A stretch of DNA of 64,000 bases from Leucoraja ocellata. Its lineage: Eukaryota. The stretch spans positions 2,232,001 through 2,296,000 of the forward strand of contig JAWMAR010000140.1 of the NCBI GenBank assembly GCA_036785375.1. The letters are read 5' to 3'. Of the stretch, positions 13,518 to 26,239 are shown piece by piece. Below the pieces are notes generated by a model. That model saw only the letters and a program-made list of their open reading frames with translations, was not told where the DNA came from and made no database searches. How positions within the stretch are numbered: position 1 is the first letter of the stretch; each line of letters starts with the position of its first letter. The translations under genes were made by a program, and so were the position numbers.

Positions 13518-14000
13518 TTACCATTATCACGTTCCAGGCCGTCAATATCCTTAGGGATGTCATTGACTATAAACTCAACTGAATCAGCCACATAAATATA
13601 GCTACAAGAGCAGATCAGAGGCTGAGTAGTCTGCATCAAATAACTCACCTCCCCACATCTCAAAGATCTTCCACCATCTACAAGGCATAAATCAGAGTTG
13701 CCTGGATGACTGCAACTCCAAAAACACTCAAAAAGCTGAGCACCATCATGAACAAAGCACGATTGGCATCCCATTCAACACCATGGCCTTCATTCCCTCC
13801 AGCACCCACACGACAGCTCCATCTATAAAATCCACTGCTGTTGCTCACATAAACGATTCCACCAGCACCTCACAAGACCGTGACCCTGAACATAACACTG
13901 GGGCTGCAGACAATGTCACAACGTACAGATTCCTCTCCAAGGCAACACATGATCCTGCTTTGGAAATAAATTGTTATTGCTTCCTCAATGGACCTTGGGT
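13518..14000 (+). mobile_element. Old non-LTR LINE 3' fragment (CR1/L2 group)
   Basis: Remnant frame NILRDVID.KLN..SHIN..TRA.QRL..TIYKA..KKLSTI; a related reverse-oriented piece lies at ~15640-15860. Confidence 0.6.
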
Positions 14001-15894
14001 CAGTTGGGTTTATAGACAAGTCCTCATTCTACAGCATTTTGGAATATCTGAAGGACTGCAGGAAGTCAAGAAGGGGCCTTACTTCCAACTTCTCATGCAA
14101 AGTTAATTTAGAATTGTTAATCTTGCCAGGGTCATTCAGATACCAAAATATTATTGAACTGGGTTTCACTGTTATACCCCCACAAAGATCGCTCAGCCTT
14201 CCAATGCGCATCGTCTAGGGCTGTATATGAAGAAAGGCCAAGGGTGTGGAACACAAGAGTTTCAGCATGTGCCTGTCATCAGGGGAGACAACTGAGAAGA
14301 GAGAAAGTCTTTACAATCAAACTTAATTAACCACAAGTTCTCACCTTTCCCTTCAGAACAGCCTCATAGCATTTTTGCATTGAAAGAAAACTCACACAAA
14401 CTTAAAATAATGTTTAGATCTGAACTTAAGTGAAGCAGGTGCCTGTGGAAATATTGTTCCTGGTAACAGAGGCAAATGTTTCAGGAGGTTTGGATTAAAA
14501 CTCTCCCATGGTGCAGAGCACACTGGTGACATTGTAACTCTAGCCAGACAACAAGGTTTTCTGGTTAATCTGCTGCCAGAAAACATTTTACAGCAGCTCT
14601 TCAGTACAGCTGCCTGCTCTGCATCATGACATACAACAGAGCACACATCATTTATGGCTTCTTCACTAGAACAGAAGACAGATAAATACCCCTCACTGCA
14701 GTATGTTTTGGGTCGAATTCCCACTGTAGCCCTATATGGCCACTGGGCATCATGTGCACCGACTTCATATAAGGTGACACAGTAAGCAACACACAGGTCT
14801 GAATAGGAAGAGGCTATTCACTCCAATCAAATACCCACTGAGAATGTCACAGGTCATTCTCATCTATCCCAGGTTTGGCACTGCACCAGCACCACTTATG
14901 CCAGTTGAATTAGCAATTAGCGTTCAGTGTGCTGAGGCACACTTCATAAATCACCATGTATCAGATGCCCTCAACTTTTCAGCTTGGTTTAAATGATATA
15001 TTCCCTTCCTCCCCCTCACCCCACCATCTGATGAGAACTGGTCACCTTGCCAGAATCTAATGCCTTGGCCTTCACAAGGTCAAGGTCAAACAACCTCCTT
15101 GAACTGGTCCAGGCCCATTCTTAGTCACGCATGTGCCCAAAAATATGAAAAATGGTGGAATACATCTCTTTCAATTCTGAAAGCATCACAGGTATATTGT
15201 TTTGTGCTGTATATATGATTCATATCTTTTTTCGAAGTTTATCAAGTGAAATGTTTATGTTACGCAGACAATGTTTGTTTAGTATCGGAGGTCAAATATG
15301 ACTGGTCACGTGTGTGACCTCACACAAACGCGTTCTTTTCATAAAACTCAGTTTTGTCTGACAAAATCTATGAAGTTTAAAAAAGCTAGAATGTTCATAT
15401 CTTTAGCAGGCGTGCATTATAGTTCTGTAGGTAGGAAGATAGCAATGAACAAGATTAATCTCGTACAAGAATCTTTTAATGTATCACTCTATGCGATGCC
15501 GTCTGGTCACGTGTGTGACATGTTGGTTCACTTTCCAAAGAATGGCCCTCCAGCAAATGACTCCCATAGACAAGTAGTTCCAGGGTGGAACATTGAGGAA
15601 TGGTGATAGATTTCCAAAGAGTGTGTGCGCTGTCAGGTTTGGAGGAGAAATTCCAAATTTGACATTGTACAATCTTGGAAATATATCGCTGTTCCTGACA
15701 GCAGCGTAACAGCGTGCCTTTTGCCCTCATTTGTGTAAGTGCAGAGGTTGTAGGTTTGGGAAGAGAGTTGTAGAGAATTTAGTGAATTGAGATCACAGCC
15801 ATGGGTGAAGGGAATGTGGATGGGATGCCGATCGATTGTGCTATTTTATCCAGAGTCACTGGCAGAAAGCGTTCTGGACCACCGATTAAGTAAA

Positions 15895-16170
15895 AGGACT
15901 TCAAATCCCACTGCAAACGTGAACATTTAAATTCAAATAATTAAATAAATCTGGAAAGTAAAAATTGCTAGTCTTTTAGCAGTAACTCCGAAATTAGATT
16001 ATCATAAAAATCTACCTGTTTTATTAAAATTCTTCTGGGAAAAAAAAGTCTGCATCCTTATCCAGTCTGGTCAAATTATGAGTCCTGCCCTCCAATGTAA
16101 TTGACTGTTAATAAACTGCTAGGTTCAAGGCATTTACTGATGAACAATAAACGTTAATATCCCACAAATA
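15895..16170 (+). mobile_element. Old chondrichthyan SINE-like repeat
   Basis: TTCAAATCCCAC..ATTTAAATTCAA..AATAAATCTGGAA..CTGCATCCTTATCCAGTCTGG..GTTCAAGGGCA resembles a shark SINE I recall. Confidence 0.5.
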
Positions 16171-17106
16171 AATCACAGATGATCAAAAATTTGTTATAGG
16201 AACTCAGCAGGCCCGGCAGCATCTGTGAAGGAAAATAGGCAGATGATGTTTCACGTTGGGATATTTCTTCAAATATTTTCTTCTTGCTGGTAGACAACAA
16301 ATTGAGAGGAAAGCTTCATGCACTATCAGACTCTAAATAAGTAATAGTTTAAAGAAAAAAATATATAATCTCTTAACCCAAGCACAACATAACCAATAAT
16401 GTGCATCATTGGTAGCATCAAATAGTTTGATACAGATACCAACTAAATTCATGTTATTAACCAACAGACAGGTTCAGCTTCAACTGACTATTGCACTAAA
16501 AAGAAGCTGGGCACATCGGACTCAAAGGAACCAAATAAATCTGTCAATCATTGTGAAACATAAAATAACTAGATCCAGAATCATGAAAATGTTTTGTGTT
16601 CATCCAAAGGGCCACCAGTACTAGCCCTCCCCAGGTTCGAACCCCCGATTTACAGACACCCACATATACAAAAGAGCATTTGGGAGACGGAAGAGTTGGG
16701 TGGGATGCTGGCTGCTGCATCTTCTGCCAGGAGGAAACGGAGCACTTCCATCTATCTTCTCGCCCCATTCCCTAACCCCACTGCCGAGACATAGCAATGT
16801 GGGGCTAGATTGAGCTGAGCTCAGCTAGTAGAACTGAGCTGTCTCACTCATTTACTCACCGAGTCAGGCCAGCAGCCTCTCTCCATGCACCAACTTGCGC
16901 TCCCACACACTGTTCTTGTTCATTTCCATTTTACGCACAGTTCGAGTTACAAACAGTTCTCAGGAACAAAACCCTGTTGTAACCTGGGTACTTCCTCTGC
17001 CAGTATTTACCTCCCTAATAGATTTCACTGTCTCTGGAAATGGGGGTTGTTGCAGATTATAAAAAACTGATCTACTGTTATTCATCTACAATAAACAAAT
17101 CATAAT

Positions 17107-17236
17107 GTGTAGGAAGGAACTGCAGATGCTGGTTTATACGAAGGATAGACACAAAGTGCTGGTGTTACTCAGCGGGTCAGGCAGCATCTTTGGAGAAAAA
17201 GGATGGGTGACATTTCGGGTCGGAACCCTTCTTCAG
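17107..17236. mobile_element. Short Penelope-derived insertion, imperfect 13-bp TSD
   Basis: AACAAATCATAAT (17094-17106) and AACAAATGATTAT (17237-17249); minus-strand hammerhead-like core at 17205-17236. Confidence 0.8.
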
Positions 17237-17811
17237 AACAAATGATTATCATTGGATTATTCAACAAATTATTGAAATGATTCCTTCATGTCAATTTCAG
17301 AGTTTCATTCTATCCATATTACTATGCAATGCAAAGATGCATATATCTCTTTTTTATTCTGGACAGAATTATATCTAATCTTCATATTTTGATTCTTTTC
17401 CAGAGAAATTATTTCATTTAATATTACTATGATAAGGACGTTGTATTTCTTCCGCTTCTTGAAATACAACATTTTCTTTTCACTGTCGCCAGCCTAGTTT
17501 AAATAATGTGTTTCCCAAAAATATATCAGAACAAAACTATCCCTTGGTCTTCTTAAACGGGTTGATATAATGGGTGCACAGGCTACACATTTTCAATTTC
17601 TCCATATTTTCAGTCTGCTAAGGTTTGCACAAGTTTTCAAGCTCCACGACTCCTCCCACCTGTCAGCTAAATGTACATAAAAATGGACATAATGGCCATT
17701 TGATCATTCAAAAGTCAATACGTTATTCTGAAAATGACCAAATGAAAGATGCAGCGCTGCCTCAATGGATAAATGCACCACCAACCTAAGTTCTTGTACT
17801 TATGTATATAA

Positions 17812-18121
17812 GGGCAGCACGGTGGCGCAGCAGTAGTGTTGCTGCCTTACAGCGAATGTAGCGCCGGAGACCCGGGTTCGATCCTGACTACGGGTGCTGT
17901 CGGTACGGAGTTTGTACGTTCTCCCCGAGACCTGCGTGGGTTTTCTCCGAGATCTTCGGTTTCCTCCCACACTCCAAAGACGTACAGGTTTGTAGGTTAA
18001 TTGGCTTGGAAAATGTAAAAAATGTCCCTGGTGGGTATAGGATATTGTTAGTGTGCGGGGATCGCTGGTCGGTACGTACCGGTGGGCCGAAGGGCCTGTT
18101 TCCGCGCTGTATCTCTAAACT
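17812..18121 (+). mobile_element. Full-length tRNA-derived V-SINE (HE1-like)
   Basis: A box GGTGGCGCAGCAG, B box GGTTCGATCC, central GTGGGTTTTCTCC..CGGTTTCCTCCCACA, CR1-like 3' end GGGCCGAAGGGCCTGTTTCC. Confidence 0.92.
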
Positions 18122-18898
18122 ATATGACAATAAACCCAACTTAACTCTAAGCCATTAACATCACGAACCCTGGTAGCAATCAAGCCAACAGTGATGAAAT
18201 GGCATCAATGTTTCTGAGGTGCAGTTCTCCCTGTGGACTAATGGTCAACTGACACATGCTACCTCAAACCCTGCACTCACAGCAACGTTGGGTCAAAGGG
18301 CTACAGGACAGATAGCTCCTTTACCATAATCGGCAGCTTAAATGTGAAACACAATGGAGACAGTTATACACATCTTAACCAAGGCCTCGACACAATGAGA
18401 TGTGGAACTCGCCAAAGTCACACACTTCCAAACCCACAAACCCATGGTGTCATGAGCCAGAATTTCTATGTATTGAATCACAGCTGAAGAGTAAATGTAC
18501 ACCTCTTAATAACAATCATAGCTGATTTAGAATGGTCTGGATTTAAAACTAGATTCTAAATAAATTGGTTAAACAGTTTAATCAATTACAAATTAAATAA
18601 GGGATCTGTCATCGTGCCAGCATGTATTGGCACAGTACAAGGCTGTGCACACACTGGACCCAGTCATTCAGATCCTGTTCCAGAGGAAACAGCTGATGTA
18701 AAGCTAACAAAATAAATATTGAAGTGGATTTCAGCCCTTTAGCTGGTCAATTAACATACACTCTGGCCAAAAATTGCCATCATGTAACCAGGGATAGTTT
18801 AGATTCTGGGATTAATAAAGAGGAAGTCACTTTTTAAATAATGATTGAGATGCACAACAGGTTAAATTTTACTAATATAGGCTTCATCCTTGCAACGT

Positions 18899-19213
18899 GG
18901 GCGGCACGGTGGCGCAGCAGCAGAGTTGCTGCCGAACAGGGCCAGAGACCCGGGTTTGATCCCGACTACGGGTCCTGTCTATACGGAGTTTGTACGTTCT
19001 CTCCGTGACTGAGTGGGTTTTCTCCGAGATCTTCGGTTTCCCCCCACGCTCTAGAGATGTACAGGTTTGTAGGTTCATTGGCTTGGAATAAATGTAAATT
19101 ATCCCTAGTGTGTGTAGGATAGTGTTAGTGTGCGGGGGTCGCTGGTCGGTGCGGACTCGGTGGGCTGAAGGGCCAGTTTCCGTGCTGGATCTCTAAACTA
19201 AACTAAACTAAAA
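18899..19213 (+). mobile_element. Full-length V-SINE (HE1-like)
   Basis: Same structure as the 17812 copy, with a (CTAAA)n tail. Confidence 0.92.
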
Positions 19214-19561
19214 CATTCCATCACTAGAGTTGCAATTTCACGGAAACTCCACAGTCTACTATGTGTGTTCTAACTACTCTTTAAAAATATATCTTGATGG
19301 ACAATCGGTAGAGCATTAATCTCAGGAAAAAATGCTCTCTCTCTCTGCCAGCATTAATGTCAGTAATATCAGTAATAGCTCATGGTCTAATACTCAGAAA
19401 AACTTTGTTAAAGGTAAGGTTTCTAATTTTAACAGAGTTACAGAATTCTTGTAGACAGGATGAATCCTATAACCAGAAGATTTTGTTCCAAGGAACCACA
19501 TTTCTCCTTACTCCACCCGCCTGCCAACCACCACTGCCCCCCATCACGTGTATTTACCTGT

Positions 19562-19840
19562 CATAGACACAGAATGCTGGAGTAACTCAGCGGGACAGGC
19601 AGGATCTCTGGAGAGAAAGAATGGGTGACGTTTCGGTTCAAGACCCTTCTTCAGACTATCTTTTGCCAGGTTTTGTCCCAACACCACCTCTCTTTTTCAC
19701 CTTTCTCACCCATTAGTGGTCTGAAGAAGGCTCCCGACTCGAGATGTCATTTGTCCACTCCCTCTGCAGGCACTGCCTGACCAGCTGAGTTCCTCCAGCA
19801 CTTTTTATTCTGCTCATAGTTCCAGCAACTGCAGTTTCTC
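19562..19840. mobile_element. Fold-back Penelope-derived element (two inverted terminal repeats)
   Basis: 19562-19657 and 19718-19810 are degenerate reverse complements of each other. Confidence 0.8.
19623..19657 (-). ncRNA. Minimal hammerhead ribozyme motif, sense to BCL11A pre-mRNA
   Basis: Minus strand agu-CUGAAGA-a-GGgucuugaaCC-GAAA-cg-UC-accc; core intact, helix II has one mismatch. Confidence 0.55.
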
Positions 19841-19854
19841 TGGTTAATCAAGTT

Positions 19855-20100
19855 GTTGTAAAATATTCCATTGCACAATTTTTAAGAGTTGGGGAAATAT
19901 CCCCAGTGTCCTGGCCTGTATTTACCCCTCAGTCAGTATCGCTAAAAAGCAAATTATCTGGTAATTATCACGCTGCCGCTTGTGAAAATTTGATGTTTGC
20001 AAATTAGCAAACTATTTCCTAAGTTACAATAGCGACTACATTTCAAAATTGACTAAAATCTGCTTTGGGACACAGAAAGAGATGCACGTGGAACTCTTTC
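19855..20100 (+). mobile_element. Deu-domain SINE relic (SacSINE1/AmnSINE1-like)
   Basis: GTAAAATATTCCATTGCAC..CCCCAGTGTCCTGGCC.GTATTTACCCCTCA..ATTATCTGGTAATTATCAC..GCAAATTAGC..TTACAATAGCGACTACATTTCAAAA..GCTTTGGGACA follows the recalled SacSINE1 consensus. Confidence 0.7.
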
Positions 20101-20517
20101 TGTCATTACACTTCACCAGCACTCTTTCGGCCAAGACACTCCCAGGAAGCTACCTATTGGAGCTACCTTTTGTCCTAATATTCCCTTGAATAGCTTATTA
20201 ATGGTCCTTTAAAACACCTTGTAATGCTGCTACATCAATGCAAGATGGTGTTGTGGTTCACCCATCATTGCACAATTATTCATTCCAAGCCAGATAGATC
20301 ATATCAGATTCCCTCCCCAAATACAAATCCTTCCATGAGCCCAATTTAGGGTTTAGGTCAATTTAGCTTGGAGATGCAGCACGGAAACAGGCCCTTCAGC
20401 CATATTGGTCTCCATCTGTATGGCTCTAACCAAATAATTTCAAAGTGATGTTTGTTAATACCATTAAAAATTGTTTTAGCTACAAAGATCTGTGAAGAAA
20501 CTTTGATTATTTCTGTA

Positions 20518-20838
20518 AGTTTAGTTTAGAGATACAGCATGGAAACAGGCCCGTCAGCCCACTGAGTCTGCACCGACCAGCGATCCTCACACATTAACGC
20601 CATCCTACACACATTAGGATTTACACTTTATTGACAATTTACACTTATATCAAGCCAATTAACCTACAAACCTGTACATCTTTGGAATGTGGAAAGAAAA
20701 CTAAAATCTCGGAGGAAACCCGCGCGGTCGCAGGGAGAACGGACAAACTCCGTACAGACAGCACCCGTAGTCAGAATCGAACCCGGGTCTCCTGCCGCTG
20801 TAAGGCAGCAACTTTACCGCTGCGCCACCGTGCTGCCC
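20518..20838 (-). mobile_element. Full-length V-SINE (HE1-like)
   Basis: Reverse complement of the 17812/18899 copies; an extra tail fragment lies at 20345-20402. Confidence 0.92.
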
Positions 20839-22529
20839 TTCGAGGGTATCTGAGATCAACTCTTCCCACTTTGTGCATCACGTCCACTTTTCTTTCAATC
20901 ACCCGTCCCAATATAATTAATTCTTATCTGAAGGATTTCATTTCAAATCAGATGAAACATAAATTTGATAAACATATGAGTATTATAAACAGCCAATTAT
21001 ATTAACAACATATTAAATTGTAAATGCTTTGGGGAAATCCCTTTTTTCTCCTCTTTTGCACTTCGATATGTATCATGCATTCTTCACAGACAATTAGCTT
21101 CGGTAACTTGTCCTTTGGTTGTTTTCCCTCAGTCTCTAATGCATGATTATTTGATAAAAGAATGAAACAAAAACGCAAAACACAATAACTCATTACAACT
21201 TTCGGTCTATCTAGCAATTTAATCCAGGGGGAGTAGAGTAGGACTTCTGCTAGTTTTTTTTTTTTAAACCTTAATATTTCACAGAATAACCAAAAACAGA
21301 AAAGAGAAAACGACAGTGGCTATTGGCTGCAATGCCAACAATTTCCTATTGCTTTGAAAAATAAAATCTTTAATTATTAAATTCTTGAAAGAAGCCCAAA
21401 AACTCAAAACACATGTTAAAATTGCTTAATTCAATATTTTTAATTGAAAAATCCAATTGTTGAAACAGAACAGAAAGTTTTACAATTAGATTACACAAAA
21501 TGTTCCGCTATCTATCTTAATTTTCTGTTAGCCATGCATTGAGTTTTGTCCTCCAAATGGTGTTGCTCCTTACATTTTTATGCCAATTCACTTTCTTCTG
21601 ATGCTGCATAGACGCCAAGTGTCTCTGGATATTTTCTTGTCTCAAACCAATGTCATCACTCATGAGACTGTAACCCCTTTCCAAGTGAACTGCTTTCCAC
21701 AGGCACGCACACAGAGCCTCACAAACGATGGATGTTTATTCAATCACCGCAACAAAACTTCCTTGCAATGAGATTAGAATCTCTCACTGGTGTATGGTTA
21801 TCACCCAGCCACCCACATTTCTGCAACAGTGACTGGCCAGCACTGTAACAACAGGCAGATAAAAATTAAAATGTATTAACTTATTGAAGACCTAGCATTC
21901 ATTCTGAGGTCTGACTGAGACAGTTATAGCAGCTACTTTTGAGAAGCCAAGTGACAAGCCATTTTGTTCTTTTGTTGTGGAGAAGTGTGACATCACATAC
22001 CATTATACAAATAACAGAATTGGACCAGAAGCAACACTGTGTTCATCAATGAGGCCAAAATTAAAAGCTGCAAAGAAGCTTTTTTTTAATTTTTACTTGC
22101 CTTATTAAACAGTAACATGGAATCAGCACACACTACACATTCAGATATAGGCAAACCTATTGAGACACAAATCAACCAAGTTACAAATACCTGGCTAGTC
22201 GCTCCCTCCAACAAGTAATCGCCATTGTCAAATTCAGCAGAAAAAAGCAGCAATTGGATTTGGATTAAAAGGAAAGACAACAATTGGCCTACAAGATGAA
22301 GACAGGAGGGTATGGAACTGAGGGTGGTGTAACTGGGATGCCAGGTATCACTGTTGAGCCCTCTGGAGATGTTGTGGGCCTATCAATGAAACGTCAAAGA
22401 AGGAGGGTGCCCACCTGATGATCCCAATGACGTACCTACCCTACCTTCCACCACTCCAATCCCACTGCCAATATCAAGAGTGCCGATTTACTACAGGGAT
22501 TGAAACATCAAGTCCAATTTGCTCTACTT

Positions 22530-23775
22530 ATTGTTTGAGGATGTAACAAGTAGAATGGATAAGGGAGAGCCAGTGGATATGATATATCTGGACTTTCAAA
22601 AAGCCTTTGACAAGATCCCTCACAAGAGATTAGTGTGCAAAATTAGAGCACATAGTATTGGGAGTATAGTATTGACATGGATAGAGAACTGGTTGACAGA
22701 CAGGAACTAAAGAATTGGAATTAACTGGTCCTTTTCAGAAAGGCAGGCAGTGACTAGTGGGGTGCCGCAAGGCTCAGTGTTGGGACCCCAGTTGTTTGCA
22801 ATATATATTAACGATTGTGACGAGGGAATTAAATGTAACCTCTCTAAGTTTGCGGACGACACAAAGCTGGGTGGCCGTGTGAGCTGTGAGGGGGATGCTA
22901 TGAGGTTGCGGGGTGACTTGGATAAGTTGGGTGAGTGGGCAAAAGCATGGCAGATGCAGTATAATGTGGATAAATGTGAGGTTATCCACTTTGGTGGCAA
23001 CAACAGGAAGGCAGATTATTATCTGGTGTCAGATTAAGAGAAGGGGAGGTGTAACGAGACCTGGGTGTGCTTGTACGTCAGTCACTGAACGTAAGCATGC
23101 AGGTACAGCAGGCAGTGACGAAAGCCAATGGCATGTTGGCCTTCATTGCGAGAGGATTTGAGTTTAGGAGCAAGGAGTTCCTACTGCAGTTGTACAGGGC
23201 CCTGGTGAGACTGCACCTGGAATATTGTGTGCAATTTTGGTCTCCTAATTTGAGGAAGGACATTCGTGCTATTGAGGGAGTGCAGCGTAGGGTCATCAGG
23301 TTAATTCCCGGGATGACGGGACTGACGGATGATGAAAGAATGGGTCGACTGAGCTTGTATTCACTGGAATTTAGGATGAGAGGGTATCTTATAGAAAAAT
23401 ATAAACTTCTTAGAAGATTGTGGACAGGGTTGATGCTTGAAAAATGTTTCCGATGTTGGGGGAGTCCAGAACCGGGGGTCACAGTTTAAGAATAAGGGGT
23501 AGGCCATTTAGGACTGAGATGAGGACAAACCTTTTCACCCAGAGAATTGTGAATCTGTGGAATTCTCTGCCACAGAAGGCAGTGGAGGCCAATTCACTGG
23601 ATGTTTTCAAGAGAGAATTAGATTTAGCTCTTCGGGTTAACGGAATCGAGGGATATGGGAAGAAAGACGGAACGGGGTACTGATTTTGGATGATCAGCAA
23701 TTATCATATTGAATGGCGATGCAGGCTCGAAGGGCCGAATGGCCTACTCCTGCACCTATTTTCTGTTTCTATGTT
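22530..23775 (+). mobile_element. CR1/HER1 LINE, 5'-truncated RT region, pseudogenised
   Basis: YLDFQKAFDKIPH, TSGVPQGSVLGPQLF, KFADDTKLGG, HLEYCVQFWSP, intact 3' terminus; frameshifts between the segments. Confidence 0.95.
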
Positions 23776-24120
23776 TAATTACAAGTTGTTTGCTTCTCCC
23801 TCAAAACAATTAATTTTATCATCTGCAAATGCATGAGTTTTTCTTAGTGTTTAAAAGTTCACATAACATTTCCTACATTACTATTTTATAAATTCTCCCC
23901 TCTACTAGGCAGTCTCCCACCACTCCAATTTTGTGGGTTCTCAGGTGGCCAATGGTCTGATGTGGCCAATGTCTCCATTTTTAGTAGCAGCTGGGACATT
24001 CATTTGCAAGAGTGAAGGACTTTATAACTATGGTCTTTACTGTACAGTTTTCGTGGCAACTTTAAGAAGCCTCGAGGCATCCCTCTTCAACATAGGTTGT
24101 CACAACAGTGATCCTTGGTG

Positions 24121-24180
24121 GTTACACAAAAAAGCTGGAGAAACTCAGCGGGTGCAGCAGCATCTATGGAGCTTTGAAGA
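24121..24180. mobile_element. 60-bp Penelope-derived insertion with perfect 14-bp TSD
   Basis: AGTGATCCTTGGTG at 24107-24120 and 24181-24194. Confidence 0.8.
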
Positions 24181-24600
24181 AGTGATCCTTGGTGTTTGTG
24201 TGTTACGTAAAGCAGCAACGCACTATGGTAGCAATCAGGATTATGACCCCATTGACTGCATTTTCCCTCCTTTCTTTGGAGACTTATATGGACACAATGC
24301 ATTTTCAATCTCCAGACAAAACTGAAATTGCTACGGCCATGAATCAAGTGCTGGGATTAGTATAGGTGGGTGTTGAGAGTTATCCTAGACATGTTGGGCT
24401 GAACGGCCTGTTTCTGTGCAACATGACTATATGAAAACAAATGGAGTCACTGCTGTAGAGGAGGATATGGATCACACCAGCCACTCAAATCATACATGTA
24501 GGGCACTCTGCTAATAACTAGGTTCTTTCCCACAAGAGTGGTGCTGCCATAATCTCATCTTCTGATTCACCCTACCTAACACAGCTCTGCTTCCCCCAAC

Positions 24601-25166
24601 CACACCTGGAGTATTGCGTGCAGTTTCGGTCTCCAAATCTGAGGAAGGACATTATTGCCATAGAGGGAGTGCAGAGACGGTTCACCAGACTGATTCCTGG
24701 GATGTCAGGACTGTCTTATGAAGAAAGACTGGATAGACTTGGTTTATACTCTCTAGAATTTAGGAGATTGAGAGGGGATCTTATAGAAACTTACAAAATT
24801 CTTAAGGGGTTGGACAGGCTAGATGCAGGAAGATTGTTCCCGATGTTAGGGAAGTCCAGGACAAGGGGTCACAGCTTAAGGATAATGGGGAAATCCTTTA
24901 AAACCGAGATGAGGAGAACTTTTTTCACACAGAGAGTGGTGAATCTCTGGAACTCTCTGCCACAGAGGGTAGTTGAGGCCAGTTCATTGGCTATATTTAA
25001 GAGGGAGTTAGATGTGGCCCTTGTGGCCAAGGGAATCAGAGGGTATGGAGAGAAGGCAGGTACGGGATACTGAGTTGGATGATCAGCCATGATCATATTG
25101 AATGGCGGTGCAGGCTCGAAGGGCCGAATGGCCTACTCCTGCACCTAATTTCTATGTTTCTATGTT
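24601..25166 (+). mobile_element. Young CR1/HER1 3' fragment
   Basis: Open frame 24618-25073; nearly identical to the copies at 7447-7960 and 33332-33748; (TTTCTATG)n tail. Confidence 0.95.
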
Positions 25167-25224
25167 TACCTCTCCCTAACTCTCACAGCTCTGTATTGTT
25201 GGTACATGGCAGATAAAGAGGAGC

Positions 25225-25480
25225 AAGGCTGTCGGAAGAGAGAGTGGACGTGGCGCGCTTTAGCTGCCGCTGCTCTCTCTCTTCACATTGTGTTTTTTTT
25301 GATTTTTTGATTTTGTGTCTTTGGAGCGATTTCTATCTTTAATTGGTGTATTGATGATGTCCTTATTATTCATTTTTCTCCGACGATATGTTTTTTTTTC
25401 TCTTCTGTTTAATCCTTGTAAGGTGACCTTGAGATTTGAAAGGCGCCCGAAAATAAAATGTATTATTATTTATTATTATT
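25225..25480 (+). mobile_element. LINE 3' UTR fragment (L2-like tail)
   Basis: TGTAAGGTGACCTTGAG..TGAAAGGCGCCC..AAATAAAATG(TAT)n. Confidence 0.65.
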
Positions 25481-25652
25481 AAAGTCATGGAGGCCTACAG
25501 CACATAAATGGCCCCTTCGATCCACTGTTTTGCCCATCTATATGAATATCATTTGCCTGCATAGTTTGTCTTCTCTGATGATTATTCCCACAGAGATGTG
25601 ACATTGAAGAGGAGCAAGGATCGGATCGATCAGTTGGACCAATGCCAAAGAA

Positions 25653-25886
25653 CCATAGGAAGGAACTACAGATGCTGGTTTAAATCGAAGATAGACACAA
25701 AATACTGGAGTAACTCAGCAGGACAGGCAGCATCTCTGGAGAGAAAGAAAGGGTGACATTTCGGGTCTAGACCCTTCTTCGGACTTCTTCTGAAGAAAGG
25801 TCTCAACCCAAAACGTCACGCATTCCTTCTGCCCAGAGATGCTGCCTGTCCAGCTGAGCTGCCCCAGCATTTTGTGTCTATCATAA
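25653..25886. mobile_element. Fold-back Penelope-derived element with 12-bp TSD
   Basis: Inverted arms 25690-25785 and 25788-25882; AATGCCAAAGAA at 25641-25652 and 25887-25898. Confidence 0.85.
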
Positions 25887-25956
25887 AATGCCAAAGAATA
25901 TGGCCTTGCTTTTGCTGCAATTAGGTTTGGTCTGAAGGCGAGTCTGAAATGGCATC

Positions 25957-26222
25957 AGATTGTATTGTATTGTATTCAAATGTATTGTCATTGTCTCAAT
26001 TAGAGACAACAAAATGAATTTCCCTTTACAGTCAGTATCATAAAAATAAATAAATAATAAATATTAAAACATATTTAAAAAATAAAATAGAAAATTTTAA
26101 AAAAGCACAAACACAGAAAGTCCACGACACAACACAACACAGTGACACCAAGGTGAGGAAGGCACCATTGTCCAGCCAGCCTCCCCTCCGATCTTCCCAG
26201 ATGTTCATCCGTGGTCAGGGCC
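25957..26222 (-). mobile_element. LINE 3' UTR fragment (Rex-like) with (CAATA)n tail
   Basis: (ATTGT)n at 25959-25975 followed by TATTGTCATTGTC, structurally similar to the reversed Rex tail at 6130-6185. Confidence 0.55.
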
Positions 26223-26239
26223 TATCCTGCTGCCTATCC

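Noticed and set aside
17812-17890. tRNA gene (A and B boxes)
   Set aside because: It is the tRNA-derived head of a multi-copy SINE, with no cloverleaf or terminator.
23078-23482. 134-aa minus-strand ORF (and similar ones at 24869 and 33407)
   Set aside because: Antisense shadows of CR1 ORF2.
25690-25882. miRNA precursor hairpin
   Set aside because: Explained by inverted Penelope terminal repeats; no small-RNA evidence is available.
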